From Camelus ferus (taxonomy: Eukaryota), in the NCBI RefSeq assembly GCF_009834535.1, contig NC_045712.1, positions 25,916,001 through 25,980,000 of the forward strand: 64,000 bases of DNA, in the 5' to 3' direction. The translations under genes were made by a program, and so were the position numbers. Below the pieces are notes generated by a model, which saw only the letters and a list, made by a program, of their open reading frames with translations, had not been told where the DNA came from and ran no database searches. This document shows positions 1-48,267 of this stretch, in pieces (position 1 is the stretch's first letter; each line of letters opens with the position of its first letter).

Positions 1-5
1 CAGCA

Positions 6-6721
<6,716 letters not shown>

Positions 6722-6782
6722 ATTAGAAGCCCCATGGACCTACCTCATCCTCTGGAGGCTTGGGGTACCCAGACTCCATGTC

Positions 6783-6788
6783 AATAAA
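6783..6788 (+). terminator. QARS1 polyadenylation signal AATAAA
   Basis: Canonical hexamer about 60 nt after the QARS1 stop codon. Confidence 0.85.
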
Positions 6789-7074
6789 GAACAGTTTAAT
6801 CCCCCTGGAGTCTGTGTTACCTCTCTGCCCTCCTAGCGCCTGATGGCCTAGAGCCATGCTGGGGTTGGGGGAAGGTGCAGTGCACACAGGGCTGACAGCT
6901 TTGAAACCACTGGTGCACTCCTTGGTGCTCAAGGGCAGGGGCCTGGGCCTGACTGGATATCTTCCACACCTGGTCTGAGGGAATGGCAGGTCCTGGGCTG
7001 CTGCTCCACTGTTAGGAGCCCTGTGTCAGAGGGACCTGGAAGGCTTGTGTCTGCCTGCATGCCTGGCTCCAAGT

Positions 7075-7260
7075 TCCATCATTCAGCTAGTAATTGAGTG
7101 CCTACTATGGGCCAGGAACAGTGAGATGAGGAAGACTTGTGCAGTGGCCTTCCAAGTCCACCATCTAGTTGGGGAAGCAGAGGGTGACCAGGCACTGTGC
7201 AGGAGAGGTCTCCCTGGGGCCTGTGTGAGGCTGGAGGAGCTTCCTGACCCTGCCTGGGCC
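7075..7260. mobile_element. L2 LINE 3'-end fragment between QARS1 and QRICH1
   Basis: TTCATTCAG...TTGAGTGCCTACTATGGGCCAGG resembles the L2 3' terminus. Confidence 0.5.
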
Positions 7261-7959
7261 TCAGAAAACTAATCTCAGGAAATACCTCCTGAGCAGAAAC
7301 CCAAAGGACTAGGAGTCCACCAGAGCAAGGGGAACAAGTGCAAAGGTCCAGAGGCCTTTTTAAGAAAGATCCTATGGTAGACTGGTTGCCCTCTGGGGCA
7401 GTGTGGGCTACTGGTGAGGCCCATGTGCGCCTGCAGCTTTAACACTTTCCACATTTTCCCTGTATACAAACACCAGGCTACTGGAGGCCCGCTTTAAGGT
7501 GGACTGGACTGCAGAAGGCTGAATTAGGATGACAGCAGATGGAGGGTGAGGGGTGGGTCCCACATGCTAGGGACTCCTGGAGTAGAGTGAGCAGGGGCTT
7601 CCAAGGTAGGGTGCAGCTGGAGGCGCTGGGATTAGGTCAGGGGTTTTGGGGGGCCACCTTAAGTAAGAGGCCGGGCTCCGCGGCGCGACCCAAGGAGGCC
7701 CGGGAAGACAGCAGCAGGGTCCACAGAGCGAGCTTGGAGTCCTGGCTTGCCCAGGCTCCTTGGCTAGGCCGAACTCCAGCCCTGACTCCGCCCCACATGG
7801 AGGGGAGTCTGAGGGCGGGGCTCTCTGCCCCACCCCCCGGGCTCTTCTCTTTGCTATTGCAGCCCTAGGTTCGGCCCTTCTCTTCGGCAGAAGCGTTCCC
7901 TTTAAGTCTGGCCAGGAGGTAGCCTCAACTCTCGCGGGATTCGATGCTTCAATTATCGC

Positions 7960-8136
7960 GAGAGAGGCATTCAGCACCCATTGGCTGGGAGGGTTGAATG
8001 TAAGATGGCGCCCAGGGAGCTGTGAGGGGAAAATCCTGTCGGTCTTGGAGCGGCGACGGCAGAACCGGGGCCCCGAGCGGTGCGGCGGGGCCAGCGGGTA
8101 GAACGGCGGCGGCGGCGGCGGCGGCGACGTCGCCGG
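7960..8136 (+). other. QRICH1: QRICH1 non-coding first exon (5' boundary approximate)
   Basis: Donor CGG|GTGAGG at 8137 inside the CpG island, preceded by a GGC repeat. The transcription start cannot be determined from sequence. Confidence 0.7.
8105..8125 (+). repeat. (GGC)7 trinucleotide repeat in the QRICH1 5' UTR
   Basis: Read directly. Confidence 0.95.
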
Positions 8137-9624
8137 GTGAGGGCTCCAGTGGGGGCAGGGATGCGGCGAGGTTGCGGCCCTGAGACAGCGGGCCCACCCC
8201 ACACAACGGCGGGCGGGGGCGGGCGGGACGCTGCCGCTGGGCCCAGGAGACCTCGGGGCGGCTCCGGAGCCGAGAATGTCCCTGGGCTCGCGCGCCCCCG
8301 CCCCCTGGGTGGGGGAGGGGCGGGTTGGGGATTCGGGTGGGCGCGGCGCGCGAACGCGCGCCGGTGCTCGCGCGCGACCGGGCCTGTTTATACGTTCGGG
8401 CGCGCGCGCGCTGTGCGGCCCTCCCGGTGCGCGTGGCCGCTGACGTGCGCGTTCCCGGCCCGGATATCTCTGTTCCTGGAGCTGCAGCCCGTGGGCCAGA
8501 GCAGCTTTCTGGGGCGCGCGCCCCGAAGCCGGGGGTCGCGGGCGGGCGGGCGCGCGCGCCCTACTGTTGGGTGGTGGCACCGCTGCGAGGGCGCGCGGGA
8601 CACCTCTGCTGCGGGGAGGGGCGGCTGGCGGGCGGGCGCCTCGCAGTGTGTAGAAGGTTGCGGGTTGGGCCCTTCCTGCTCAGGTGACGTCCCCGGACCG
8701 CCGGGGCCTAGGCCTAGGGAAAAACCAACCAGCTTTGCGGTCTGCCTTGCGGCCCCGCTTCTTTGCGAAGCGGGCGAGATTGCTGGATCTCTAAGAATGC
8801 GGTGTTCCGAGGCCCTTGTGCAGGGTGGGTGCTTGGGAGGTTGCTGTCCTGATTCTGAAACTGATCCCTGTTGGGTTTATGAGAGCGGCGAACCCCCTCG
8901 ACTTTATTCACCTTGTTTTGATGCTTTGTGCTAGAGAGGGAAGGCAAATCCTAGAAGGCCCTTCAGTGGTACCTGCTTTCTTGTCATTAGAAAGTAATTC
9001 TACTTGAGCACAATTCCTACACGTCACCTCTGTGCGCTCCGGAATGGGATCCACTTCTTCGGACGCTGTGGAACCACCCAAGCTCTAAAATGACACTTTA
9101 AATCCTTAAACGCAGCCTTTCCCTCTATGTGAGTGGGAGGGGCTTACTTGTATTCTGTTATGTTAAGGGCCCGCTATTGCTCAGCCAAAAAGTTGCCGAA
9201 GCAAAATTGAACAACCTGAGAATCTTTTCTTGTTTTGTAAATCCAAAGTTCTCCAGCAGAAATTCCTAAAATCTGCCTATGTCTCACTTTTGATGGAGGA
9301 TTTCAATCCGTTTCAGCTCCCCGCCGTCCCCCCCCCCCCCGCGCCTTGAAATCCCAGCACTGTGTTCTGATGCCAGGGGAGTTCTAGGTTTGTCCTAGAG
9401 AAATGTGCACTTCTTTTTCCTAAGACAAAACATCTGCTAGTTTATATTTTACAGTTTTGCTTCATTAAGTTGAAGGAAAAAGAAACCAAAAGAAGCTAAC
9501 AAAATCAATAAAATTGATAATGATGGGGTACTTTTTCCTAATATTCTGTATTATTTTAAGAACAAAGTTAAAATTTAATAAGAGGCTGAGGGTGGAAGGA
9601 ACTTCTTTGTTCTATCTTCTTCAG

Positions 9625-9684
9625 AATGTTACAAGTCTTAAGAACTCAGGACAAGCAGCAGAAATACATGCAACATGGTGACTG
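9625..9684 (+). other. QRICH1: Candidate 60-nt QRICH1 5'-UTR cassette exon containing three ATGs
   Basis: Long pyrimidine tract TTCTTTGTTCTATCTTCTTCAG as acceptor and CTG|GTGAGT as donor. Confidence 0.65.
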
Positions 9685-10824
9685 GTGAGTTAAAATCGTT
9701 CATATGCTGGAAATACGTGTGCAGTTTTTTTTCCCCTGGTAATATTGAAACATTACACATCCTGCCAATCATTCTGGGTGCTGTCTGCCAGAAACTGCTA
9801 GGTGCTGGAAAATTGAATATGTGGGACAACTGCATCTTTGAATCCAGCTGGTTTGCTGCTTGAACAGTTTTTCTCTCTTAAAATATAAGTCAGTGCAACT
9901 TTAAGGTTTTAGCATGACAAGACATCAGCTTTTCTAAGGACCCGAATGGTTCAAAGACAAGCAGTCAGGTTAACCTAGAATACACTTAAATTTTTAATAT
10001 ACCATTTAAACCTGCTTTTTCTGGAATATCTTTGTTTTTAACCATTAAGTTTGAGATCTGCCTTTCAAATTGGTGTCTGTACAAAAATTTTTTCATAAGC
10101 TTATTATTAAGATTTACCTATTAAAAGATGTCCTACTTCCAGTCCTCTGTGATGAATAATTTGTGTATGTCTTCATGAACCTCTGCCTTTCCACATCTCC
10201 TTTCAGCTTATGTTGCCATTTTAAAGGAAAGATCAAATAGTGTTTGAATTTTCTTGTAAATTTGAATTGCTCCAAAAAGGTAACCAAAGTTAGGAGCTCT
10301 GGGTGTGGCTGTCTTCTATCATGACAGCTTCAGAATCTTTCAGAAGGGATTTCTTCCTTCAAGCTTGCCTGTCTTCTTTTAACTTAAGTGCAAATTTGTC
10401 TTTGATGTGCCGTGCTTCTTGCTTGTCTGTTTTTTAAATGGTCACTTTATCTGTAATGGTCTTATTTCTCAGCCTCAGAATGAGATGTTACATGAACACC
10501 TGTTCTTTTCAGTTACTTTGTATATAGGTTCCTGCATTTTGTTCCAGATGTTATAAGTTATTAGTCCTTTCCAGGCTTCAGTTAAGTGCTTTGTTAGTTT
10601 TTCCCTAAGTGTCACAGTGGATTGTGATTTCTAATTGTGGCTGCAGGAAGAAATAATAGATTAACCCCTTGCTTTTCTGGAAAGAGGAAAAGAATGGTTT
10701 CACACTTTAGGCTGGGGCAAAACTGTAGGAAGAGCTGGTAGGCTGTGTCAGAGAGCTTGTGTGTGTGTGTAAAATATCTATCTATATTAATTCAACTGAT
10801 CTGTATACCGTTTAATGAAAAATT

Positions 10825-11345
10825 ATAAAGTGAACCACTGTGTAGCTAGCACCTCGGAACTAGAACAGTGCCAGCACTTCTGAACCCTTCATGGAGCCCA
10901 TCCTGGTCACAGCTTCACAACTCCTATTGCTGTTCTGACTTCTGTGATAATTGTATTTTTTGTTTTTCTTTTTAGTACCTTGTACCCCTCAACAATGTAA
11001 TTTTATTTAATTTTGAATTTTATATAAATGGAGCCATAATGTATCTTATGTTTTCTTTTAGCTTTGTGCTTGTGAAATTCATCCACATTTTGTTCATTCA
11101 TCCTTGTTTCTATATAATATTCTGCTGGATGAACATACCATAATTTATTTTTTCATTCTATTACTGATAGACATCTAGAATCTTTCCAGTTTGGGGCTAG
11201 TAAGAATGCTACTATGAACATTATTGTGTAAATACCTTTGTATATGTGTGTGTCATATACATCTAGGAATAGAATTGCTGGGTCATGTGGAATGGATGTT
11301 TTTAGTTTCACCAGATAATGCAAACAGTTGTACCAGTTTACAGCC
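10825..11345 (-). mobile_element. Old L1 (L1M-type) 3' fragment
   Basis: Antisense L1 3'-UTR hallmarks such as TTCCAGTTTGGGGCT...TAGGAATAGAATTGCTGGGTCA. Confidence 0.65.
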
Positions 11346-14300
11346 CATCAGTCGTTGGTAGGAATGTGAATTAGAAAAGTTCCTAGCTGAAAGTATGTTG
11401 TCCAGAACTAGAACCATGGTAAAAATGCCCCTACATCAGGGATTCCTGTCTGGTGAAGGTATGGGGCAGATGAATGTTCCAATGGGATCATTTCTATCAC
11501 AAACCCTATAGTGGGTTAGTATCTTTTTTTTTAACCTCCAAAGAATTTTATAAAACTAGTTAATACTTTGAACAAATACAAAATAACTAGGTAAGAATTA
11601 AAATTACGCACTCTAAACCCAAGAAAGCGGAGACACCATTATAAGCCAAATCATTCTCTGAGCCGGTCATCCCAGGTTACAAAAATGCATAAAACAAAAC
11701 TTGTACTTTTTAGGCTTAGTGAAGAGAAATAAAACAACTCCAGAAAGAGGGCTAGTATCTTTAAGAATAGAAATATGTCTCCTAATCTCCTTTGAAATGA
11801 CTCCTTAAGTTAATTAGGACAAATGTGGCTGCAACTTCTTAAAATGGGTATTGATTTTTTTTTTTTCCACACAAATGTATTCTTCAAACCAGAACTAAGC
11901 TATGAGGATTCACTGCTAATAGATGTGAGCCTTGAAAGGGGCCCAAAAGCATGACTATTGGGTAACCAGGAAGAGGCTGGGCTCTGAGACAGCTCCTGGT
12001 GTCTTCTCTTAATCCATCACATATTCAAGACCCACTCTGCAGAGCTGCATGAGGAGCCAGGAAGAGTATCAGATTTGAGAGGACCCAAGAAGGGGTAATT
12101 CCCCTGAGTACTTAGACCTTCCTTTAGCACCTAAATAGAAGAAAGAAATTAGCAAACTGAAATGTAATAGATTGTTGCTTTGGACTAACGTTTGTCTATA
12201 GTACCATCTTACGTCCTAGTGATAAAATAATTAGAATAATGATAACATTGATATATCTCGGGTCTGCTTTGTGTCAGGCACTGTGCTAAGCTCCAGTAGA
12301 AGGAACTACAGGGGAAATACCATTGACAATATGTGTGTTGTAGTGAAAATTTCCTGAGTCTGTTGTTGAGGGGTTGGTTTACCTGTTTATTGTTTTGCAA
12401 AGCAGCTATACTTAAAGTATTCAGAAGCAAATGCTTGTTTACAGACTCCTCCACCCCAGTGAGCCCCAGAGTGTTTTCCCCTCCATTTCTGACTCCAGAA
12501 ATTGGGAGTACTCAACTCCCAATTCATGTTTTCCAGAAGTATTCTAGTTAATCAGTTTATTTATTGCTCTCACCAAGTCTTTGACTTGGAGCTAATTAAG
12601 AATATTGTTTGTTTTAGGGTTATACAGAGTAGTTTCGTTAAGTTTATCCATTTTTATTTCTCTTGTTACCAAGGCTTAGCATTGTGTATCTTGTGAGAAA
12701 CATCTTGAAGTTAACAGTCTCCATTATTATGCAAGCTTCTGGTGCTTGGTAGTTTTGTTTGTATTTTAAGAGTTTCAGATTTTGACGGAAAAATCAAACT
12801 GTGATCAACCATAATTGTTAATGTATCTGTTACTGTTTTGTGGTATAACTGCTGTGCAAAAAGTGTTACTTTTTAACTATGTTTTTGGTTTAATACAAAT
12901 TGTGGAGAATACAGGAGTGTATTAAACAGGAGGAAATTTAAGTCTTACTGTGATTTTACACCATCCAGGCATAACTGCTGTTAGCATTTAAATGCAATTT
13001 TTGCCAGTTTTTTTTCTTATGTACACAACTAAACCATACAGGGATAAATAAATAAAATTGTATTGGTTCCCTTTTTGTACATAATGTATTTCTGTGCCAT
13101 TAAATTTTTAAATTTTAAGCCAAACGTTTTGGTGGGAGGAGGGATGGGAATCTTCTTTTTTTATTTTTTTAAGTAACTGTGTTACAGAAAGATCTGTGGA
13201 ATCATACACAAAAAGCTTAGAAGCAGACCTTCTTTATATATATTTGGTATATAATCACAGTGGCATTTTAAATCAGTGAACAAAGGAATTTCAATAATTC
13301 AGTAAATGGTAAAGGGACAATTTGTTTGGTCTTTGGTAAAAATAATATTAGGCCTTTACCTCACACTATGCAAAATAAATTCTAACTAGATCAAAGCATT
13401 GTATAAAAAATTACACTGTAAATTTAAAGTCTGTAGATGAATGACTTTATGGTAAAGGAGAACTTTTTCTGAGCATAAAAGCAAAGGAAAAAACCATTAC
13501 CACTATTAAGAATTTGTTTAATTTTTCTCAGCGTTTTTCTTTACTCACTGACTAGTCTGAAATATTTAAGTGTATATCTGAAGCTTTTTGGCTTTCCTCT
13601 CTTCTAAGCAGCACTTTTGTGTCAGGTCAAATGCTGACTTAGTGTACTTTCATTATTGGGATGTGTCAGTCTGGTAGATACTGCCAAGTGAGCAGGTTAA
13701 AAGGACAAGAAATGAAGCCATGTGTGTTTTAGTCTATAAATGAGCAGATTGGAATGTTCTTTCAGATTGACTTTTTCTATTATATATATGTTTTTTAAGT
13801 ACTCCATTGAATCCATTATTTGTTAATATTTTTTAGCTTCCTCTCATTTAGTGTTTCTCAAATGATTCTGTGGACTTTACAGAGTCAGTGAAGAATCTCC
13901 TGAGGGCTTAGTGAAAGAAAAAAGCAATAGGAATTGGGAAGCAGTGGCTTCTGCTTAGAGCCAGCAGTAGACTCTAAGCTTGGAGCACTGCAGAGGGTTT
14001 TTTATATTTTGGAGTCAAAACTGCTTAAAACATATGGCTAGCTACAAACCAAAAGGTGATTTTATAATAGGATATTTCAAAAAATTTCACAGTAGAGAAC
14101 ATAAAGAACCTATGTATGAACCTTTATTAACATTTTCTAAGTTTTATAGAATTTTTTCTACTTCAAGATGTTGGTCTTTTCCTTTTTTTGATGAAAACTT
14201 AAATACTGAACTTTGAGGTTTTATAACAGATACTTTTCCAAGCTTTTATTCCATTCTTACTTGCCCTTCTGCTCAGGGAATAAATTTATATTTGGACTAT

Positions 14301-14641
14301 TCTTGTAGTGGCTTTTTTGAAGGTAGTTTTCTAGAAGTACTGACTGATAGGATTTATTTGGAGCAAATTGGTTTTATTGTTGGGACCTTGATTATTTAAA
14401 AAGTTTGATTTGATATGAAATGCTGTGTTTTAAAACTAAAAGGTTAAACAGAAGCTGTACTCAGCTAAATTCTTGTCAAGAATAGAGGGCATGGAAGTTT
14501 AATTTCCTTATCTTACATGGTGGGAAGTCCAGAAATACTGTAAAATTAATAAGTCTACGAGTAGAGATTTACAGCTATGAAAATGGTCATGACAAAAATT
14601 AAAATAAGACTGAGCAAGGGTTAGTGAGAGGAAGGTAATCT

Positions 14642-15448
14642 ATTTTTTAATTATTATTTTTTAAAACTTTTTTTATTGAGTTATAGTCATTTTACAATGT
14701 TGTGTCAAATTCCAGTGTAGAGCACAATTTTTCAATTATACATGAACATATATATATATTCCTTGTCACATTTTTTTTTTCACTGTGAGCTACCACAAGA
14801 TCTTGTATATATTTCCCTGTGCTATGCAGTATAATCTTGTTTATCTATTCTACATATGCCTGTCAGTATCTACAGATTTTGAACTCCCAGTCTATCCCTT
14901 CCCAACCCCCTCCCCTTTGGCAACCACAAGTTTGTATTCTATGTCTATGAATCTGTTTCTGTTTTGTATTTATGTTCTTTTTTTAGATTCCACATATGAG
15001 CGATCTCATATGGTATTTTTCTTTCTCTCTCTGGCTGACTTCACTTAGAAGGACATTCTCCAGGAACATCCATGTTGCTGCAAATGGTGTTATGTTGTCG
15101 GTTTTTATGGCTGAGTAGTATTCCGTTGTATACACAATGGAATACACCACATCTTTATCCAGTTGTATACACAATGGAATACACCACATCTTTATCCAGT
15201 CATCTGTTGATGGACATTTAGGCTGTTTCCATGTCTTGGCTATTGTAAATAGTGCTGCTATGAACATTGGGGTGCAGGTGTCTTTCTGAAGTAGGGTTCC
15301 TTCTGGATATATGCCCAGGAGTGGGATTACTGGGTCATGTGGTAAGTCTATTCCTAGTCTTTTGAGAAATCTCCATACTGTTTTCTACAGTGGCTGCACC
15401 AAACTGTATTCCCACCAGCAGTGTAGGATGGTGTCCTTTTCTCCACAG
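14642..15448 (-). mobile_element. Young 5'-truncated L1 (3' end, lineage-specific) with target-site duplication
   Basis: T-rich tail at the left. Minus-strand ORF2-end/3' peptide MFIAALFTIAKTWKQPKCPSTDDWIK (ORF 14983-15267). Flanked by GAGAGGAAGGTAATCT (14626-14641) and GAGAGAAAGGTGATTT (15449-15464), 13/16 identical. Confidence 0.9.
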
Positions 15449-17529
15449 GAGAGAAAGGTGATTTAAATGCTCTAAACTTACCTTTGCTAAAGTGTTTAAA
15501 ATTGGTAGATTGAGAACCAGGAGTCAAAGCATACTCAGCTGTTTTTAACTTTTTATTTTATACCTTCCTATACTATTTGAACAATTTTCCTAAGAAAATA
15601 TATGTATTCCTTTTACCCTCCTCCTCCCAAAAAAAACAAAGACAAAAAAAAAAAAAGCAAAAAGTAGGTGGGATTTTATACTGAAAAGTGAAGAAAGCTT
15701 GTTTCTAGGAAGAAAAGTTGGTGTAATTCTGCTATATATTTATTATCAGACTTCAGATGAGGCTTAAGCCTCCTTCATTACTGAAACTTCAAAGAGTGAA
15801 GGAAAGTAAGGTCATGAGGAAGATTCTGTGGACAACTGAGTAGTATTTGTGTGAAGGTTTTTCAGTTCTATAAACTTAATTTGCAGTGTTTGATACAGTA
15901 GCTATGATTCAAGCAATGTCTTAAGTATTTTATGTGAATGCAACTAATTGTTGAAGAAAATATATTTGAGGAAGTATAAATTCCAGTTGCCTTCTGCTTT
16001 TCTTCTATAATGGAGGTGAAAAACTGAAATGTGTACCAGCATGGTAGCAAACTGGTTAATGACTATTCACACAGTCTTTTCTTTGTCCCTTTTCGAGCAG
16101 AAGGGTATATGTAATTGGATATTAGGGTCACATATTTTGAACTTTGTAATGTTGTTGGTCTGTATTATGAGAGATGCCTTCTTAAGAAGGAAATTTCAAT
16201 TGTGATGCTTTTATCAAAAGGAAGCTTTAACACATTCTGTGCCAGTGTGGTGACTGTGGGTCGCCTACACTGTAGTGACCTGCTCTGAATATGTAACAGA
16301 AGGATGAAGTGCTTGGCCTTGTTGCTCCTCCTGCTCTTTGTGCCATGAGTATCATTGATAGTTTAGTCTTGAGGTCCCATAGCAGACCTTCTAAGTTTCT
16401 GCTCTGAGAAAGATAACTGAAAGCCCTTGCAGCAAAGAGAAGGGAGAATTGGGCAAGGGAGATGGTTAGAAGAGAGGCGAGAAAGGGACGAACAAGAGTT
16501 AAATTTCAGAAGACTAGAGACCATCAGTGACAGTTTCACCTTGCACTCCCCTGACCTGTATTTGTGTCCTCCATAGTCTCTTGTGCGTAAGGTCCCTGAG
16601 AAGTGTAGGCACTCCTGAGAGTAGTAGCATAGGAATTTTGATTTTAGACAGGATGAGGTATATGTAGTGTTCCTTATTTTTGGAGGAATGTATTTGCAGT
16701 ATATTACGGGCATCAGTATAAAAGATTTATTGCTGGGTCTGTGCTTGAAAGTGCCCAAATACAATTTGTATACTATACTTACAAAGTGCCCCACAGAAAT
16801 ATTGCCAGTGTCAGTAAATTAACAGTAAGGATCATGTTTTTCCTTTGGTCTCACTCTTGCCCTGGATAAATAGAATTTTTTTTCCTCCCAAGGTATAAAC
16901 TAACCATTTACTAGGGAAAAGCATACCATTTATGGTTGTGAATTATAGTTGTTACAGGAACAGGGTCATAATCCTTGTTCCACATTGAATTCCAAGTGCA
17001 ACAGATATACAGAAAGTACCTACATGTGTCAGCCATTCAGAGGACCAGGACACAGCCCTGTCTACCAGAGTTTAGAGCCAGGTGGAAGATAGGAGATGAA
17101 TACCCACACACCTTTTATCTGTTAACATAGACAGTGAAAGAGAGACTAATATTTCTAGCCTGATGGCTCAAGGAAACAAATCACTTTCCCAGACATTTGA
17201 GATTGACTGAGTCTTTTTCTGGCAAAGAGATTGACTTTGTTTTCTTTGCTTTCATATTCTGCCATTGCTTTTGTTCTGGAGGTGGTACTGGTCAAGAGAG
17301 AATGGTATGAAAGCAGCAGTGACAGAGTACTCAGCAGTTCATAGATAGATTGCATGGTTGTCCCCCAGTTAACTGAGAGCTGCTGTCCATCCCTGCTGAT
17401 TAATTCTTAAGGTAAATACTGAGATGAAAAATTTGCAGAATTGATTTCCGAACGTTAGTAATGACCTAGTTATTTAATGTACTATTCAACTCGTTCCCCC
17501 AATTTTAATAATATTAGTTACTATTTCTA

Positions 17530-17735
17530 TGGCACTGTCTGTATGTCAGGTGCTTTTCTAAGTGCTTTACATATATTTAATTCTCATGTCAACTTTGTGA
17601 GGTAAATACTATTTTAATTCCCATTTTATAGACAAAACTAAAGTTAACTGACTTGTGTAGGATTACACAACTAAGGAGAGATCGAGCTGGGATATGAACC
17701 CAGGAAGGCTGGCTCAAATCTGCTCTTAACTAGTA
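17530..17735. mobile_element. MIR SINE
   Basis: CTAAGTGCTTTACAT...TTCCCATTTTATAGA...GAGCTGGGATATGAACCCAGG core. Confidence 0.7.
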
Positions 17736-18314
17736 AACTCTGCTACAGAAGAATGTGAGCAGAATATGGCAAATGGGATTTTTGGTGTTTCTGGTGGGAG
17801 ATGAAGAACGCATGCCTTGTCTCTAGGGTTTTGCCACAGCTAGGTGACACATACCTGTCCCTTTGCTGTAGGACATAGTTGGCAGTGGAAATAGAACATG
17901 TCAGTAGGAATACCTGCTCCTAGCTTCCTCTGCGATGGTCACAGAGCAGTGTTTGCATGTGACTTTTATTGTCCAGTGCTTGGCTCTGTGGAGAAGATGG
18001 AATTGGCCTAGAGCTGGGTGGAGAGTGTATTTTCAGCCCATTTCATCCAGTATTGTGACGCATGCTTTTGTTTTTTGTTTTCAGTGTGTTAGTTTGATTT
18101 AAGAAATGTTTATGGAAACAATTTTCAGATGCCATTAACTGAAAAAATAATGTTGTTTAATAAAATTTTACTTTGGATTCCAGATATGCACAGCTGCCTT
18201 GAATATTCCACTATGGTGTAAGAGTGATTGCTCTGTGCATTTCAAGATGTAAAAACAATGGCATAATTTTGAGTTCTGTCCATTTATTTCTAGGAACCCT
18301 AAGGACTCTGCAAT

Positions 18315-48267
<29,953 letters not shown>

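Larger units (their letters stand above)
7670..8850. promoter_or_regulatory. CpG island and promoter of QRICH1
   Basis: Very high GC and CpG density, GC boxes, CGCG elements at 7930-7939 and 7954-7963, and YY1-type AAGATGGCG at 8002-8010. Confidence 0.9.

Noticed and set aside
7567-8934. Long ORFs of 337 aa (-) and 284 aa (+) over the QRICH1 promoter
   Set aside because: Arg/Pro/Gly/Ala-rich low-complexity translations typical of stop-poor CpG islands; no recognisable domain, and they cross the exon 1 donor.
14983-15267. 94-aa minus-strand ORF as a novel gene
   Set aside because: It is L1 ORF2-end/3' sequence inside the young L1 insertion.
9690-18290. Intronic snoRNAs in QARS1 or QRICH1 introns
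   Set aside because: Scattered TGATGA and CTGA words were seen, but I could not identify a convincing C/D pair with terminal stem or an H/ACA structure by eye. An Infernal/Rfam scan would be decisive.
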